Below are positions 60,265 to 64,000 of a DNA stretch of 64,000 nt, one piece after another. The notes under the pieces are model-generated. The model was not told the DNA's origin and made no database searches. It saw only the letters and a list, made by a program, of their open reading frames with translations. This DNA is from Octopus vulgaris (taxonomy: Eukaryota). The stretch spans positions 23,746,001-23,810,000 of the forward strand of contig OX597824.1 of the NCBI GenBank assembly GCA_951406725.2, in the 5' to 3' direction. How positions within the stretch are numbered: position 1 is the stretch's first letter; each line of letters opens with the position of its first letter. Both the position numbers and the translations under genes were made by a program.

Positions 60265-60658
60265 GTGAGTAACTTGCTTACCAACCACATGGTTCCGGGT
60301 TCAGTCCCACTGCGTGGCCCCTTGGGCGGGTGTCTTCTACTATAGCCTCGAGCCGACCAAAGCCTTGTAAGTAGATTTGGTAGACGGAAACTGAAAGAAC
60401 CCCGTCGTATATATGTATGTATATATATATGTATGTGTGTGTATATGTTTGTGTGTCTGTGTTTGTCCTCCCCAACATCGCTTGACACTCGATGGTGGTG
60501 TGTTTACGTCCACGTAACCTAGCGGTTCGGCAAAAGGGACCGATGGAATAAGTACGAGATTTACAAAGAATAAGTCCTGGGGTCGATTTGCTCGACTAAG
60601 GGCGGTGCTCCAGCATGGCCACAATCAAATGACTGAAACATGTAAAAGAGTAAAAGAG
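60260..60658 (+). mobile_element. SINE family A
   Basis: As for the 55908 copy. Confidence 0.88.
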
Positions 60659-60797
60659 AATATATAAACTAAATAATGGAACTGCAGATACAATATCCCT
60701 GAATACCACACGTCTATTACCATTCCTCCACTTCACTCTCTATTTCATATCTTAACTAGAATAACTATTGCTGAACCATTTTGTCACACCGTCTCCA

Positions 60798-60829
<32 letters not shown>

Positions 60830-60832
60830 GGG

Positions 60833-61181
60833 GCACTCCGTCGGTTGCGACGACGAGGGTTCCAGTTCATCCAATTAACGGAACAGCAGGCTGGGGAAAT
60901 TAACGTGCAAAGTGGGTCAGCACTCCACAGACACGTGTACCCTAAATGTAATTCTCAGAGAGATTCAGCGTGACACAGATTGTGACAAGGCTGGCACTTT
61001 GAAATACAGGTACCACAGAACCAGGAAGAAAGAGTGAGTAAGTTGTGGAAGAATACAGCTGGGTTCGCCACCACCGCCAGAGCCTCGTGGAGATTTAGGA
61101 GTTATCGTTCAATAAACACTCACAACGCCCGGTCTGGGAATCGAAACCGCGACCTACAACCGCGAGTCCGCTGCCCTAACC
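60833..61181 (-). mobile_element. SINE family C, truncated in the tRNA head
   Basis: Reverse complement of family C, ending at CTGCCCTAACC. Confidence 0.85.
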
Positions 61182-61182
61182 T

Positions 61183-61239
<57 letters not shown>

Positions 61240-61584
61240 GGCAAAATGTCTGCGTGTTTGCCCTTTATACAAATCCATAATTTTTCAGTTAGCGTGCTCG
61301 CACTTATGGTCATTCAAAACTGTCCAAGGGTGGTCGTGCACATCTTTACATTTCCCCAGTCACCCCGCAAAGCCATTAAAAAATCAGTAGAAGTGAGTTT
61401 TTTGCGAATTTTCTACCCAAAACCCAATCAAAATGCCCGAAATTTGATACGCTAATTGAATGCCAGCTAACTGTATGGTGATTGGTCGGAGATTTGGACA
61501 GTACTCGCGTGTATGAGCGCACGCACGCAGCTGAATATGCATGCACTAGCACTATGACCCGGCAACGCCGGGTCATAGTGCTAG
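61183..61584 (+). mobile_element. Non-autonomous Helitron (second family)
   Basis: 5' TC + (TA)n + AAACGGC...; 3' hairpin CCCGGC-AAC-GCCGGG then TGCTAG|T. The 5' boundary is approximate. Confidence 0.65.
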
Positions 61585-61603
61585 TATACATATACATACA
61601 CAC

Positions 61604-61690
<87 letters not shown>

Positions 61691-62134
61691 ATACAAATTA
61701 GAGAAGAACCACCATGTAGAATTCAACAATGATATAATTAAATCATACCATATAGAAAAAAATTAAAGATACGATAAAACATTTACCTAGAACTTAACAA
61801 AGTACGAAATAATAAATAAATAGTATATAATTAGTAAAAAGACTACACGTGTTTCGTGGCTATATTTTCAAACTGATAACAGTAAAATCAATTCAATTTA
61901 AATATAGTCCAAGATAAAAACAATAAAATAATTAAATAAATGTACGTATATTATTTTATAAAACAATATAGATATATCTGTATTTATATATATTTGATTT
62001 TTTAAAGGTTTTTATATCGATTTGTGTTGCACGTCTGATTCCATCCTGTACATATGTGTGTGCTGAACTTGGTAGTCTCTGTTAATGAAGCTGTTTTTGA
62101 GTTCTTGCAGTCTAAAGTCTGTGGTATTTTTTCT

Positions 62135-62443
62135 GAATTTTTTATTTGTTTGAGCCATTTGACTATGGCCATGCTGGAGCACCGCTTTGAAGTGTTTTTT
62201 TCCGAACAATTCTAGTTCATAACTAGATTTTTTTAAAGTCTTAGTATTTATTCTATCGGTCTCTTTGCTGCTGCTTGGCAAGCTATGCGGGTTGGTGGTG
62301 GGGAGGACAAACACAGACACACAGACACACATACACAGATACATACATATATAGAAACGACGGGCTTCTTTCAGTTTCCGTCTACCAAATCCACTCACAA
62401 TGTTTTGGCCGGCCCTAGGCTATATAAGAAAACATTTGCCCAT
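62135..62443 (-). mobile_element. SINE family A (5'-truncated)
   Basis: Family A motifs on the minus strand. Confidence 0.8.
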
Positions 62444-62823
62444 TGAAGCCTCAAACACCTATGACGGGGCTTTAAAGGAAGCAGTTTCAGGTGTTCTCGC
62501 ACGAAAGCCATGTTTTCGAGGATGCGATTTCTGCTGGTTTTCGATACACGAGGAAGTTCAGAGATGGTGAAAATAACTTTGCTTGTTTGTCCAGGTTTCC
62601 CACGTAACTTGCGGTCAATATTCGTTAAACCTCTAGCTGTCACCATCTTGGAGGTCCCACAATCGGGTCGTTTCTTCCTTGGTGAAGGGTGCTTCAGGAA
62701 TCGTCTAATCGTATCCACATGACAACGTAACTTTTCTGCAATTACATGAAGAGAAGTGCCTTTAGCATTTTCCTTGACGATGACAGGCTTTTCTTCATCT
62801 TTAAGGCCTCTTCCGCGTCCCAT
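62440..62823 (-). pseudogene. Tc1-like transposase, N-terminal DNA-binding region (truncated by a SINE)
   Basis: MGRGRGL...IAEKLRCHVDTIRRFL...PLKPRHRCLRLQWA, i.e. an HTH plus the Tc1-type 'PLxxxHxxxRLxWA' motif. Confidence 0.8.
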
Positions 62824-63618
62824 TGTTCTCAGAGAGGAAAGACGCTATTAGCGCGGTTCACACAAAGCTGAAGAATCTGAAATAAAAAAAGAAACGATGT
62901 TACACGGAATAATGAAAACGTAACAATGGTGTTGCCATAGAGTGCAAACCAGGTGGGAAAAGTTATATCAAAATCGATTCACAGAAAAACGAGAAATCTT
63001 AAATTTCACTCCTAAGTTATTAGCGTGCTTCTGGTTGTATAAGGGCTATTTCATCATGTTGAACCGTTAATCCCTACATCTTTTTTCTCCGTTTTTTCCC
63101 TCCATATCAATTCTTCCCGAGTGTTAAACTAATACACCTGCTTGTTGTTCCTTCACCTGTGTTTGTCTTTTGTTTTCTGTAAGTATATATACCGTAATGT
63201 ATAAGTATTTAACGTACGTGATATGAAACAATTGACACAAAAGAAAAAATGATTAGAAAATTTGAGCCCTGAATAGTGCAAGCTACACTCTAAAGAAACC
63301 CTGTCCTGCACCGAAACTTATTGTAACACTTTCTCAGAGTCGAGCAGTGGATGATATTAGGAGTTGTTAACTTGTTCTTGTGTAATTACATTTATATTAA
63401 TGTACAATATTCCGCAGGTTTACATCAGAATGTCCCTCTTCTAGAAATATGCTCTGGCAACAGCTAAGGTATTTTTAAGTCCTCATTCCTAGGAATTTAA
63501 CGCGATCTGACACCAACTTTATCGCTAACGATTTGTCGAACCGCTAAACAAACGCTTTATATATGATATAAAGTGTAAACAGTACCAATTCTGTTAAGCA
63601 AACAAAAACACATTCACT

Positions 63619-63650
<32 letters not shown>

Positions 63651-63930
63651 TATATATACACACACACGCATATAAATATCCGTAAGAACATACTTGCAAG
63701 TCAAAACTTTTAAACTCAATTAAAAACAAAACGATCAAAATACTTCATAAAAAGTTTCATTTGATCTCCACACAACAAACGCCATTTTCAAACAGTTGTT
63801 TGTTTATGGTAAGTATTCTCTAAGTTTTGAACTATTTCTATTTATTATTATCCTCTTCCTCATCATCATCATCATATCATCATCATCATCATCATCATTA
63901 TTATTATTACTTATATTATTACTAGTATCA

Positions 63931-64000
<70 letters not shown>

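Noticed and set aside
61841-61910. GAAA CACGTG TA half-hammerhead (minus strand)
   Set aside because: The CUGANGA half is missing.

Overview
AT-rich, extremely microsatellite-dense eukaryotic non-coding DNA with one 100-N scaffold gap (43108-43207). The SINE and LINE repertoire looks like an octopus/cephalopod genome; this is inferred from memory of those repeat families, not from a search. I find no intact host protein-coding gene. Almost all listed ORFs are translations of (TA)n, (CA)n, (TAA)n, (GAT)n and similar tracts, and the rest are transposon relics. Recognisable content: four tRNA-headed SINE families (some with clear target-site duplications); R4/Dong-clade RLE LINE relics, nearly all ending in (TAA)n; RTE and CR1/L2 fragments; mariner, Tc1 and maT-like transposase relics; MITEs; and non-autonomous Helitrons, including a head-to-tail pair. 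The most interesting signal is a set of short, mutually divergent non-coding inserts sitting in (TA)n tracts that carry type I hammerhead ribozyme (HHR) folds. Five loci show a complete or near-complete core (1335-1432 on both strands, 1960-2031, 2248-2284, 55652-55703, 56470-56507), with several degenerate or partial ones besides. Several are built into long fold-back palindromes whose axis lies at the ribozyme itself. These are best read as Penelope-like element (PLE) pLTR relics or retrozyme-like elements. All folds were paired by eye and are untested.
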